Source of the DNA: Spirochaetales bacterium
Lineage (GTDB): Bacteria; Spirochaetota; Spirochaetia; Sphaerochaetales; Sphaerochaetaceae
Length of the DNA: 64,000 bases
Reading direction: 5' to 3'
Assembly (NCBI GenBank): GCA_022788185.1
Contig: JALEVV010000018.1
Location: forward strand, 3,625 to 67,624
The position numbers and the translations under genes are program-made. Position 1 is the first letter of the stretch, and each line of letters opens with the position of its first letter. The notes below the pieces were generated by a model. The model saw only the letters and a program-made list of their open reading frames with translations. It was not told the DNA's origin and made no database searches. Below, one piece after another: positions 34,909 through 43,913 of the stretch.

Positions 34909-36579
34909 ATGAGCAAGGCAATGAATCCGATCCTGAGGGGCTTCAATCCCGATCCCTCGATAATAAGGGTTGGTGAAGACTACTATATAGCGACCAGCAC
35001 CTTCGAGTGGTGGCCCGGGGTAAAGATATCCCACTCAAGGGACCTGGCTAACTGGAGTGACCACGGGTACATACTGACAGACCCTGAAAAGCTTGATTTA
35101 AGGGGTGTGGGAACGACACAGGGAATATGGGCACCCTGTCTCACCTATGATAAGGGTACGTTTTATCTCTGTTACACCGTAGTGAAATCCTATTACGTGA
35201 ACATGTACGACACGGAGAACTTCATCGTCACGTCAGATTCGATCGACGGCCCCTGGTCTGATCCCGTGAGGATCGACGGCTTCGGCTTCGATCCCTCGCT
35301 CTTCCACGACGATGACGGCAGGAAGTACATGATATCCATGGTAACTGATCACAGGGTTCCGAAAAAATATCAGGGCAGGCTGCTCGTCGAGGAGCTTGAT
35401 CCCGTTACCTTTCAGAGGATAGGTGCTGCCAGGGAGGTATATGCCTCTTCTGAAATCTTTCTTGAGGGGCCGCACATCATGAAAAAGGACGGGTGGTACT
35501 ATCTTTTTGCCGCCGATACCGGAACCGGTGAAGGCCATGGGGAGACGGTCCTCAGAAGCCGTGATGTCTTCGGTCCCTATGAGATGCACCATCCCTCTTA
35601 CATAAAGAGAAGTGAAGGGGAGGCCTGGTCCATCCTGACTTCCCGTCAGGACCCCTCCTATCCCCTTCAGAAGTCGGGACACGGGAGTATCGTATCCACT
35701 CCGGACGGGGAGTGGTACATGGTGCACATCACTGCTCGTCCATCTGACAGGTGCAATCCCGATGGGGAGAAAAGGGTGCTGAACCATCCCCGGTTTCCCG
35801 GAGCCCGCCGCTATCCCTTGGGACGGGAGACTGCAATCGTCCGCCTCATCTGGGATGAGGATGGCTGGCCCCGGGTTGACGGGGGAGTGCTCCCGCCCCT
35901 TGAGGTTCCTGTGGCAGCAGAGAAGGTGGAAAAGGGGGCGTACGTGGCGGATTTTTCCTCCCTCGATGCTTCCTGGCAGAGCCTGAGGATCCCGATGAGT
36001 GAACACTATATGAAGTACATCCCTGAGAAGAAGGTCCTTCGCATGTATGGCAGAAGCGGACTTTCGAGCTTCTTCTCCCAGACGCTTATCGCAAGGCGCA
36101 TCGAGGAGATGTCCTTCAGCGCGGAAGTTACGGTTGACTTCACCCCTGAGTGCTTCAAACAGATGTCAGGTCTTGCCGTAATGTATGACACGGACAACTA
36201 CCTCTACCTCCACGTCACACATGATGAGGAAGTGGGAAAGTGCATTACCCTGCTTAAGGCCGAGAACAGGGTTTACGAATATCTGACTCCATACATTCCC
36301 CTCAGCACGGATGAGCCCGTAAGTCTCATGGTAAGCGCGGATAACTTCTACCTTACCTTCTCCTACAGCGTGGGAAACGGAGATCCGGTTGTGATAAAGT
36401 CTTCTCTGGACGGAAGTTTCATGAGTGATGAGGCGTGTTTTGACGGCTGGTTCACGGGCAGCATGATCGCAATCTGCTGTCAGGATCTGACAGGAAGAGG
36501 GCTGCATTCAGATGTGTCGTCTTTCAGATATGAGAATCTAAAAAATGCCTACATCCATCAAAAAAAGGCGCTATTGTGA
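34909..36579 (+). CDS. GH43 beta-xylosidase/alpha-L-arabinofuranosidase (XynB-like)
   Basis: MSKAMNPILRGFNPDPSIIRVGEDYYIATSTFEWWPGV is the canonical GH43 XynB N-terminus. ATG 34909 follows AGGAGG. The track starts 17 codons upstream. Confidence 0.9.
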   Translation: MSKAMNPILRGFNPDPSIIRVGEDYYIATSTFEWWPGVKISHSRDLANWSDHGYILTDPEKLDLRGVGTTQGIWAPCLTYDKGTFYLCYTVVKSYYVNMYDTENFIVTSDSIDGPWSDPVRIDGFGFDPSLFHDDDGRKYMISMVTDHRVPKKYQGRLLVEELDPVTFQRIGAAREVYASSEIFLEGPHIMKKDGWYYLFAADTGTGEGHGETVLRSRDVFGPYEMHHPSYIKRSEGEAWSILTSRQDPSYPLQKSGHGSIVSTPDGEWYMVHITARPSDRCNPDGEKRVLNHPRFPGARRYPLGRETAIVRLIWDEDGWPRVDGGVLPPLEVPVAAEKVEKGAYVADFSSLDASWQSLRIPMSEHYMKYIPEKKVLRMYGRSGLSSFFSQTLIARRIEEMSFSAEVTVDFTPECFKQMSGLAVMYDTDNYLYLHVTHDEEVGKCITLLKAENRVYEYLTPYIPLSTDEPVSLMVSADNFYLTFSYSVGNGDPVVIKSSLDGSFMSDEACFDGWFTGSMIAICCQDLTGRGLHSDVSSFRYENLKNAYIHQKKALL

Positions 36580-36634
36580 AGTCACGGAAGCGGTGTGAGA
36601 ATTGAATCATCGATAACTCAAAAGGAGAAACAAC

Positions 36635-37948
36635 ATGAAAAAAGTACTGACATTAGTGCTGGTCGCACTCATCAGTCTTTCTCTCTTCGCTCAGGGCGGA
36701 AGTGAGAACGGAAGTGCCGTCAAGGCACAGGATAAGGGTACTGAGATCACACTGGTCTTCGCTGACGGTGATGAAGGTGCCAAGAGAAGTTTCAATGAAA
36801 TCGTTAACAAATTCAATGCATCACACCCCGGTATGACAGTTACCATCCAGCCCGGTAACGGCGGTAACTACTCCGAATTTGTCAAGACAAAGGACAGCGT
36901 CGGCGAGTTCCCAGACATCGTTGAGATGAGAGGTGAGGCTGCAATGTACGTAAGGGCAGGCAAGCTCGCTCCGCTCCCCGCAGAGCTCACTGACCTCTTC
37001 CTCTCCCCGATGGTTCTCGATGACGGTAACATCTACACCGTTGCCCTCGCAGGTGAGAACACAATGGGTGTCATCTACAATAAGGCATACTTCGACAAGC
37101 TCGGTATCGCTGAGCCCAAGACATATGATGAGTTCATCGCTGCCTGTGAGAAGATCAAGACTGCAGGCGAGATGTCTCCCCTCGTGGTAGGCGGTGGTGA
37201 CCTCTGGCACATGGGCTTCCTCTTCAACAAGGTATGGGATGACCAGGTCATCAGCAAAGACAAGGACTTCATCGCACACTGCTATGACGGTTCAAAGAAC
37301 TTTGCCGATGAGAGCGTCAAGGCTGTCTTCGCTGAGCTCTCCCAGATCATGAGCTATGCTCAGAAGGGCTGGGCAAGCACACCCGATGCACAGCTTACCA
37401 CCTTCCTTGTAAACGACATGGCAGCAATGATGTACTCCGGCACACACATGTTCAGCCAGGTAATCGCGGCTGATCCCAACTTCCAGATGGGATGGTTCCC
37501 GGTTCCCAGCCCGGACGGAAAGCTCAGAATGGTCGGCGGAAGCGGCATCTCCGGTCTCGCAGTCTCCACAGAGTGCCAGAAGGACAGTGCAAAGTGGGAA
37601 GTCGCAATCGAATTCCTGAAGTTCTTCTATCAGCCTGAGAACTACCTCATCTACTGCAAGGCCCTCTCCGCAACTCCCGTAACCAAGAACGCACCCGATC
37701 TCAGCGACAACGTTTACCTCGCAGAGGTCATCGAGGCCCTCGGTAAGGCAGACAGCCTCAGCCCGATGTGGAACAGCAAGGCAGGCGTCAACGAGCTTCC
37801 TCCTGATTTCAGGAACTTCACCTACAAGACAACTGTTGAAGTGCTGCTCGGACAGAGAAGTGTTGACAGTGCAGTTGCAGAGATGAACAAGAGCTGGAAG
37901 ACCGCAACAATGTCATTCAACCCCGTGACCGGTCAGGGCATCAACTGA
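36635..37948 (+). CDS. Sugar ABC transporter substrate-binding protein (family 1)
   Basis: 437 aa, with a signal peptide MKKVLTLVLVALISLSLFAQG and an SBP_bac_1-like sequence. Followed by two permease genes. Confidence 0.88.
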   Translation: MKKVLTLVLVALISLSLFAQGGSENGSAVKAQDKGTEITLVFADGDEGAKRSFNEIVNKFNASHPGMTVTIQPGNGGNYSEFVKTKDSVGEFPDIVEMRGEAAMYVRAGKLAPLPAELTDLFLSPMVLDDGNIYTVALAGENTMGVIYNKAYFDKLGIAEPKTYDEFIAACEKIKTAGEMSPLVVGGGDLWHMGFLFNKVWDDQVISKDKDFIAHCYDGSKNFADESVKAVFAELSQIMSYAQKGWASTPDAQLTTFLVNDMAAMMYSGTHMFSQVIAADPNFQMGWFPVPSPDGKLRMVGGSGISGLAVSTECQKDSAKWEVAIEFLKFFYQPENYLIYCKALSATPVTKNAPDLSDNVYLAEVIEALGKADSLSPMWNSKAGVNELPPDFRNFTYKTTVEVLLGQRSVDSAVAEMNKSWKTATMSFNPVTGQGIN

Positions 37949-37965
37949 TAGGTCCGAACGATGTA

Positions 37966-37997
37966 AAGAGCCTTCCTGAACGGAGGGCTCTTCTTTT
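37966..37997 (+). terminator. Intra-operon hairpin/attenuating terminator after the binding-protein gene
   Basis: AAGAGCCTTCC-loop-GGAGGGCTCTT followed by CTTTTGG, between the SBP gene and the first permease gene. Confidence 0.5.
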
Positions 37998-38006
37998 GGA
38001 GGGAAA

Positions 38007-38906
38007 ATGAGAGATAACACCCTGCGTGTGAAAAAGCCCAGAGACTGGTACTACTGGATCTTCATGGCTCCTGCCCTGGTCCTTTTCTCACTCTTCATAG
38101 TCGCACCCACAGTGGGCAGCGTATACTACAGCTTCACCAACTGGGACGGCATCAGCCCAAGGATGAATTTCATCGGGCTTCAGAACTACATCGAGATCTT
38201 CACCAGCGCAAGATTCGGCAATGCGCTGAAGAATACGATAGTCCTGACGATGTTCGTTTCCGTGCTTGAGAACGTCTTCGCCCTGGCACTGGCCCTGCTC
38301 GTCGACAAGGTCATCAAGGCAAAGAACTTCTTCAGAAGTATCTTCTACATCCCGGTTCTGGTTTCCGGTATCGTATCGGGCTTCATCTGGAAGGTTATGT
38401 ACAACTACAACTTCGGCGTCATCAACTCGATGCTGAGGGGAATTGGACTGGAAAACCTTACCCAGGACTGGCTCGGTGATACCCGCTTTACACTCATCGC
38501 GATCGGAACCGTTCTCGTCTGGAAGGGCGTCGGTTACTACATGATCATCTATCTTGCCTCCCTGCAGAGCATCTCCTCTGATGTTCTTGAGGCAGCCATG
38601 ATCGATGGTGCCGGTCCCTGGCAGAAGTTCACGAAGATCACAATGCCTCTTATCAGCGGAGCATTCACCGTCAACTTCACGCTCTCGCTCATCAACGGTC
38701 TCAAGATCTTCGATCAGATCAACGTCATGACGGACGGTGGCCCCGGATTCACCTCCGAGACCCTCGTATACCTGCTTTACAAGGTCGGCTTCAACGAAGG
38801 ACGCCAGGGCTTCGGTACCGCGGTCGGTATCGTGCTCCTCTTCCTGATCCTGATCCTGAACGGCGCACAGCAGAAGTTCCTGAAGTCAAGGGAGGTACAG
38901 CTCTGA
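38007..38906 (+). CDS. Sugar ABC transporter permease (MalF/UgpA-like)
   Basis: 299 aa, multi-TM. EAAMIDGAGPWQKFTKITMPL is the EAA loop. Confidence 0.9.
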   Translation: MRDNTLRVKKPRDWYYWIFMAPALVLFSLFIVAPTVGSVYYSFTNWDGISPRMNFIGLQNYIEIFTSARFGNALKNTIVLTMFVSVLENVFALALALLVDKVIKAKNFFRSIFYIPVLVSGIVSGFIWKVMYNYNFGVINSMLRGIGLENLTQDWLGDTRFTLIAIGTVLVWKGVGYYMIIYLASLQSISSDVLEAAMIDGAGPWQKFTKITMPLISGAFTVNFTLSLINGLKIFDQINVMTDGGPGFTSETLVYLLYKVGFNEGRQGFGTAVGIVLLFLILILNGAQQKFLKSREVQL

Positions 38907-39751
38907 TGAGTAACGAAAAGGTAAAACACAGCTACAAACCCTACGAATGGGCGCTCCTCGTCCTGACTGCGGTCATCGCCCTCATCATGATCTATCCGGT
39001 TCTCTTCGCGATCATGAGTGCATTCAAGAGTAACGGTGAGATCCTGAAAAATCCTGCAGCTCCTCCCACGAGCCTCTATTTCAGGAACTTCGTCGACCTC
39101 TTTCAGATGAGTGATTTCGGCGGTGCCATCATCAACACCGTCTTCCTGACAGTGTTGTCCGAGGCCCTGATCATCTGTGTCGTACCGATGGCCGCCTTCG
39201 CGATCACCCGTGACCACTCCAGAAAGTCATCGTTCTTCTACACGTTCTTCATCTCGGGCATGATGATCCCGTTCCACCTCTACATGTTCCCGCTCTTCAG
39301 GGAACTGAAGATGTTTGGAATGTTCGGAAACTTCGTGGGCCCGATAATGATCTACATCTCAGGCTCCATCGCCTTCGGAACACTGCTTTACTGCTCGTTC
39401 CTCAAGGGTGTACCCCTTGAGCTTGAGGAAGCCGCAATGCTTGACGGTTACAACAGGTTCCAGATCTTCTGGCGCGTCACGTTCCCTCTCCTGGGACCCT
39501 GTAACGCATCGATGATCATCCTGAACGGACTCAATATCTGGAACGACTACCTCATGCCTTACCTGGTCCTTCCCAGCGGAAAGGCCAAGACGATCACGGT
39601 TGAGATCGCAGGCTTCGTCGGTCAGTTCACTGCCAGATGGGATATCGTCTTTGCCGGAACTCTCATTTCGATGATTCCCGCAATCGCTATCTTCGTGGCT
39701 TTCCAGAAGTACTTCGTCAAGGGTATCACTGCAGGTGCCACAAAGGGCTGA
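38906..39751 (+). CDS. Carbohydrate ABC transporter permease (MalG/UgpE-like)
   Basis: 281 aa. EAAMLDGYNRFQIFWRVTFPL is the EAA loop. Its start overlaps the upstream stop. Confidence 0.9.
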   Translation: MSNEKVKHSYKPYEWALLVLTAVIALIMIYPVLFAIMSAFKSNGEILKNPAAPPTSLYFRNFVDLFQMSDFGGAIINTVFLTVLSEALIICVVPMAAFAITRDHSRKSSFFYTFFISGMMIPFHLYMFPLFRELKMFGMFGNFVGPIMIYISGSIAFGTLLYCSFLKGVPLELEEAAMLDGYNRFQIFWRVTFPLLGPCNASMIILNGLNIWNDYLMPYLVLPSGKAKTITVEIAGFVGQFTARWDIVFAGTLISMIPAIAIFVAFQKYFVKGITAGATKG

Positions 39752-39753
39752 TC

Positions 39754-40641
39754 ATGAGGGCAGTGCTTCCATATCCCGTACCGCGGGAAAAAGAAGTCAG
39801 GGTCATGATTCTCAGTGACGTTGCCAATGAGGCTGATGACCACGCAGCCATTGTCCAGACACTCCTCACACCGGTTTTCGATGTGAGGGCTCTGGTGGCC
39901 GTCCACTTTGATGCGGACCTTTCCATGGAAAGGAGCCTCGAGGAGGGAAGGAAGGTTCTTGAAGCCCTGAAGGCTCCCACCGGCATAGTGCTTCCCGGCG
40001 CAAAGGGGAAGGACGACACGTCGTCCCCCGGTGCCGATCTCATATGCCGTGAGGCCATGAGGGATGATGTGAGGCCTCTCTTCGTGCTTGCCCTCGGAGC
40101 CCTGACCGATGTCAGGATCGCACTGGAAATGGATCCTGCAGTCAGGGACCGCTTTACCCTCATCTGGATCGGCGGTGAAGGTTATCCGTCAGGTGGCTGG
40201 GAGTACAATCTCAGCCGGGACGCTGAAAGTGCCCGGAAGGTTTTTTCAGAGGTGAAGGAACTCTGGCAGATCCCGCGTCCTGTCTATTCAGCCATGGGGA
40301 TCACGCTGTCCGAGCTCTATGCAAGGCTCAGGGGGAAGGGGGCTGCCGCCGATCTCATCCTGGACCGGATTCTTTCCTGGAATATGCTGCCTGCGGGAGC
40401 CTACAGGAGCGGGGATGCCTGGACGCTCGGGGACAGTCCCGCTCCCGGTGTGCTGATATATCCACACCAGTACTGTTATGAAGTGACAGACAGAATGACC
40501 TTCAAAGAGGATCTTTCCTACATCCCGGCCGGCCTTCCGCTGAAGACCCGGATCTACCGGAAGGTATATTCCCGGCTTATTATCGAGGATCTTTTCTCGA
40601 AAACCGAACTTTTTTCACGGGGGCTTGTTTCTTTCGTATAA
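39754..40641 (+). CDS. Nucleoside-hydrolase-like (IU_nuc_hydro/DUF1593-like) protein; function uncertain
   Basis: ATG 39754 overlaps the permease stop (TGATCATG). MILSDVANEADDHAAIVQTLL resembles the N-terminal Asp-cluster motif of the nucleoside hydrolase fold. The longer version in the track (from 39637) overlaps the permease gene. Confidence 0.5.
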   Translation: MRAVLPYPVPREKEVRVMILSDVANEADDHAAIVQTLLTPVFDVRALVAVHFDADLSMERSLEEGRKVLEALKAPTGIVLPGAKGKDDTSSPGADLICREAMRDDVRPLFVLALGALTDVRIALEMDPAVRDRFTLIWIGGEGYPSGGWEYNLSRDAESARKVFSEVKELWQIPRPVYSAMGITLSELYARLRGKGAAADLILDRILSWNMLPAGAYRSGDAWTLGDSPAPGVLIYPHQYCYEVTDRMTFKEDLSYIPAGLPLKTRIYRKVYSRLIIEDLFSKTELFSRGLVSFV

Positions 40642-40665
40642 ACTTGAAGCAAAAGGAGGATTCTG

Positions 40666-42429
40666 ATGATAAAAACGAGAAAGAAAATATTCGTGAGGTT
40701 TACCATCATCGCGATCTTCCTGGGCCTTCTTCCTCTGGTGCTTGTCGTTATCGGTCTTTTTTCCGCAATGGAAAACCAGTTCACCCGTGTCATGAGCGAA
40801 AACTACCTCCAGATGGTATCGGCACTGGAGGACCGGTTCGAGAATTCGTTCAGGAGCTATGACTCACTGACAAAGCTTACCTACTACTACACGACACCCT
40901 CCGACAGTGTGTTCAGCATCAAGAACTTCTATTCCACGAGTTTCATGCATCTCCTTGAGGGGGGAAGCAGATCCGATGTTGAGGCCTTCCTCAACAACAT
41001 AATGAATATCGACTCTTCGATTAAGGGAACCCACTTCATCACCGATGAGAGTGAGTTCCATATGGACCGCATCAGTGCATACCTGGCTGATCCGGATTAC
41101 TACTCTGAAATTGTCATGAATGATACCTTCGATCCCACCTCCCGGTATCTCATGATTTATCCGCCCCACGATACATCGTATTTTGCGGGCAATACCGCAA
41201 CCACCTTTACCGTGGCCAGGAACTACTTTGACACAACCGGGAGCATTATCGATCCCAAACGCATAGGCACTCTCTTCATCGATGTGGACATCGAGGACCT
41301 GAGGAGCATAGCCGACTCATACAATGCCGCCCATGGGGAAACAATCGTCTTCATGGTGAACGGGGAGTGCTGGATAAGCAGCAACGAGGATCTGGAGGGA
41401 CTACGGTTCGATCCCGCTTCCCTGATGAAAAAGGGTGACATGATGTTCTATGACACCGATGACAGGTATCAGATGGGAACCTATATCATAGTCACCCACT
41501 CGGCACTCTTTTCCTCGGTCAGCTTCCTGTACTCCCTCTCCTGGTTCCTGCTGGCGCTTTCCGCAGTGCTGTTCGTAGGAGGAATGGTTGTCCTCTCCCG
41601 AAGACTTTCCAAGCCCCTTGACGGCATGATGAAGGAGATGAAGCGCCTGGAGCACGGTGACTTCGACATCTCGCTTCCCGTTGAAAGCGAGGATGAGATA
41701 GGGGAGCTGTCGAGAAGGTTCAATGAGATGAGCCGCGCCCTCAATGAATATGTGGACAAGGTTTACCGCTCCCAGCTGAGTCAGCGGGAAGCTGAGTGCA
41801 CTGCGCTCAAGAGCCAGATATATCCTCACTTCCTGTACAACACCCTGGAAGTCATAAGGATGACTGCCATAAGCGCCGATGATGAGAAGGTAGCCCTCAT
41901 GATCGAATCGCTTTCCGAGCAGATCCACTACCTCATCGGCCCCGTTGAGGATTTCGTGCCCCTTTCCAAGGAGACGGACATCGTGGAGAAGTACGTATTC
42001 CTCCTCAATGCCAGGATCAGCGGACACATCGACCTCTCCCTTCCGTCCTCAGCCATCAATCCGATGGTTCCAAAGCTCATCCTCCAGCCGATAGTGGAGA
42101 ATGCTTACATCCACGGCATCAAGCCCGGAAGCGGCTCCGGCAGAATTGCCATCGAGGCTGAACGGAAAAACAGAAAGGTGTACATCAGGATAATGAACAA
42201 CGGAGTAGGTATGACTCCTGCGGAGCTGGAAGCCATCTGGAAGCGGCTCAGAAGCGACGAGCCCGGAGTCAGGGATGAGTACAACTGGAAGAGCATAGGA
42301 CTTAAGAATGTATATGACAGACTGCGCCTTATCTACGGGGAGGGCTTCGGTCTTGAAATAGAGAGCCTTGTCGACGTGGGTACCGTGGTGACCATAACGG
42401 TGCCTGACAAAGAATATGAGGAGAAGTGA
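40666..42429 (+). CDS. Sensor histidine kinase, YesM-like (two TM segments, HAMP, His_kinase, HATPase_c)
   Basis: 587 aa. HAMP (LSKPLDGMMKEMKRLEHGDFD), QIYPHFLYNTLE (His_kinase box) and LQPIVENAYIHG (N box). Confidence 0.9.
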   Translation: MIKTRKKIFVRFTIIAIFLGLLPLVLVVIGLFSAMENQFTRVMSENYLQMVSALEDRFENSFRSYDSLTKLTYYYTTPSDSVFSIKNFYSTSFMHLLEGGSRSDVEAFLNNIMNIDSSIKGTHFITDESEFHMDRISAYLADPDYYSEIVMNDTFDPTSRYLMIYPPHDTSYFAGNTATTFTVARNYFDTTGSIIDPKRIGTLFIDVDIEDLRSIADSYNAAHGETIVFMVNGECWISSNEDLEGLRFDPASLMKKGDMMFYDTDDRYQMGTYIIVTHSALFSSVSFLYSLSWFLLALSAVLFVGGMVVLSRRLSKPLDGMMKEMKRLEHGDFDISLPVESEDEIGELSRRFNEMSRALNEYVDKVYRSQLSQREAECTALKSQIYPHFLYNTLEVIRMTAISADDEKVALMIESLSEQIHYLIGPVEDFVPLSKETDIVEKYVFLLNARISGHIDLSLPSSAINPMVPKLILQPIVENAYIHGIKPGSGSGRIAIEAERKNRKVYIRIMNNGVGMTPAELEAIWKRLRSDEPGVRDEYNWKSIGLKNVYDRLRLIYGEGFGLEIESLVDVGTVVTITVPDKEYEEK

Positions 42430-42431
42430 AA

Positions 42432-43913
42432 ATGATAAGACTCATTATGGCGGATGATGAACCCTTCATCCTTTCCGGCCTTGAGCATCTCATGGACTGG
42501 AAGAGTCTGGGAATCGAAATAGTCGGCTCCTATCCCGACGGGAAAAGCGCGCTTGAGGGGATCCTGACCCTCGAGCCCGATATCGCGCTGCTGGATATTT
42601 CGATGCCGGGCTTCAGCGGGCTGGAGCTTCTGGAAAGAATAGAAGCGGACGGCCTCAGGACCGAGGTTATTTTCATCAGCGGCTTTCAGGAGTTCGACTA
42701 TGTACGCTCGGCACTGCTCCACGGTGCCCTCGATTACCTCGTGAAGCCCGTCGTCAGGTCCGAACTGCTGAAGTCCCTCTCCCGGGCCGAGTGCTTCTGT
42801 GAAAACGTGGGCAGCGAGGAGAAGGAGAGCAGGACTCCGGTCTATGCACCCTTCTTCCGTGACCATAAGGCACCCTATGTGCTGGTGCGTTCAGGCGTTC
42901 CCGAGTCCTCTGCTTCCTCCCTGGACAGGCTCAGATCCTTCTCCTTTCTGGAGCGGCTCCGTTCAAAAATCGAGCAGTCCGGACATGGCTTTGTCTTCAG
43001 GAACGGGGATGATGACTTCATCCTTCTGTCTGGCATGTCCAGAACCTCCGCCCTCATATACATGAAGGAGTGCGGGGATGAGATATACAGGAAGAACGGG
43101 GTGAGAATCTGTTCAGTAATAAGTGAGGAGTTTTCATCGGTGGTGGACATGGAGGCCATGATAATAAAGTGCAGGGAGGCTTATTCCTGTTCCTACTATG
43201 CCTCATTCTTCTCCACCTATGAGTACCTGATCCCGGAAAAGGAAGCTGTCGCTGCCAGCGTGGAGGTCATGAAGTGGCGTGAGATGCTGACTGCCGCCAT
43301 ACTCTCCCTGGATGAGGACAGAATCGACGACTGCTGGTCGTCCTTCGTGACCGAGGTTGCGGGACTCCGGGAGAGCAGGAGGGATGAGGTAAGCTTCTGC
43401 TTCTGCAACTGTCTGCGTCTCATACTGGACAAGCTTGCCGACACCAGACTGAAGATCAGTGAGCCTGATCTCAACGTCCTGATGGAAAAGGGCAGGGAGA
43501 CGGGAAGCTACCTTGAGCTCACCAACATATTCAGACAGGAACTTTCCGGAATTCACCGCCAGCTCCTGGAACAGGCAGGGCAGAAGAAGACCAAGGAGTA
43601 TCTTGTTGCCCTTGAGTATATAGAGGCCCACTACCAGGAGCAGATCGGTCTCAAGCAGATCGCGGATCTGGTGGGCATGAACACATACTACTTCTCGGCA
43701 TACTTCAAGAAGAACACGGGTGAGAACTTCAAGGATTACCTGAGAAAGGTCCGTCTCGAACATGCCGTGTCACTCATGATAAGTACCGACAAGAGCGTCA
43801 CTGAGGTAGCACAGGCCGTCGGATATCCCGATGTCAGGACCTTTTCGGACGTGTTTCAGAGAGTCTATGACGAAAAGCCGAGTTCATATATAAGGCGGGT
43901 GAGGGGGAAATGA
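42432..43913 (+). CDS. Response regulator with AraC-type HTH output (YesN-like)
   Basis: REC domain (IRLIMADDEPFI...DIALLDISMPG...LVKP). C-terminal AraC HTH (IADLVGMNTYYFSAYFKKNTGENFKDYL...). ATG 42432 is 9 nt after GAGGAG. Confidence 0.9.
   Translation: MIRLIMADDEPFILSGLEHLMDWKSLGIEIVGSYPDGKSALEGILTLEPDIALLDISMPGFSGLELLERIEADGLRTEVIFISGFQEFDYVRSALLHGALDYLVKPVVRSELLKSLSRAECFCENVGSEEKESRTPVYAPFFRDHKAPYVLVRSGVPESSASSLDRLRSFSFLERLRSKIEQSGHGFVFRNGDDDFILLSGMSRTSALIYMKECGDEIYRKNGVRICSVISEEFSSVVDMEAMIIKCREAYSCSYYASFFSTYEYLIPEKEAVAASVEVMKWREMLTAAILSLDEDRIDDCWSSFVTEVAGLRESRRDEVSFCFCNCLRLILDKLADTRLKISEPDLNVLMEKGRETGSYLELTNIFRQELSGIHRQLLEQAGQKKTKEYLVALEYIEAHYQEQIGLKQIADLVGMNTYYFSAYFKKNTGENFKDYLRKVRLEHAVSLMISTDKSVTEVAQAVGYPDVRTFSDVFQRVYDEKPSSYIRRVRGK

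Noticed and set aside
35233-36006. 257-aa minus-strand ORF
   Set aside because: It is antisense to the GH43 gene, and the product is Pro/Gly/His-rich with no motif.
41401-42027. 208-aa minus-strand ORF
   Set aside because: It is antisense to the YesM-like histidine kinase.
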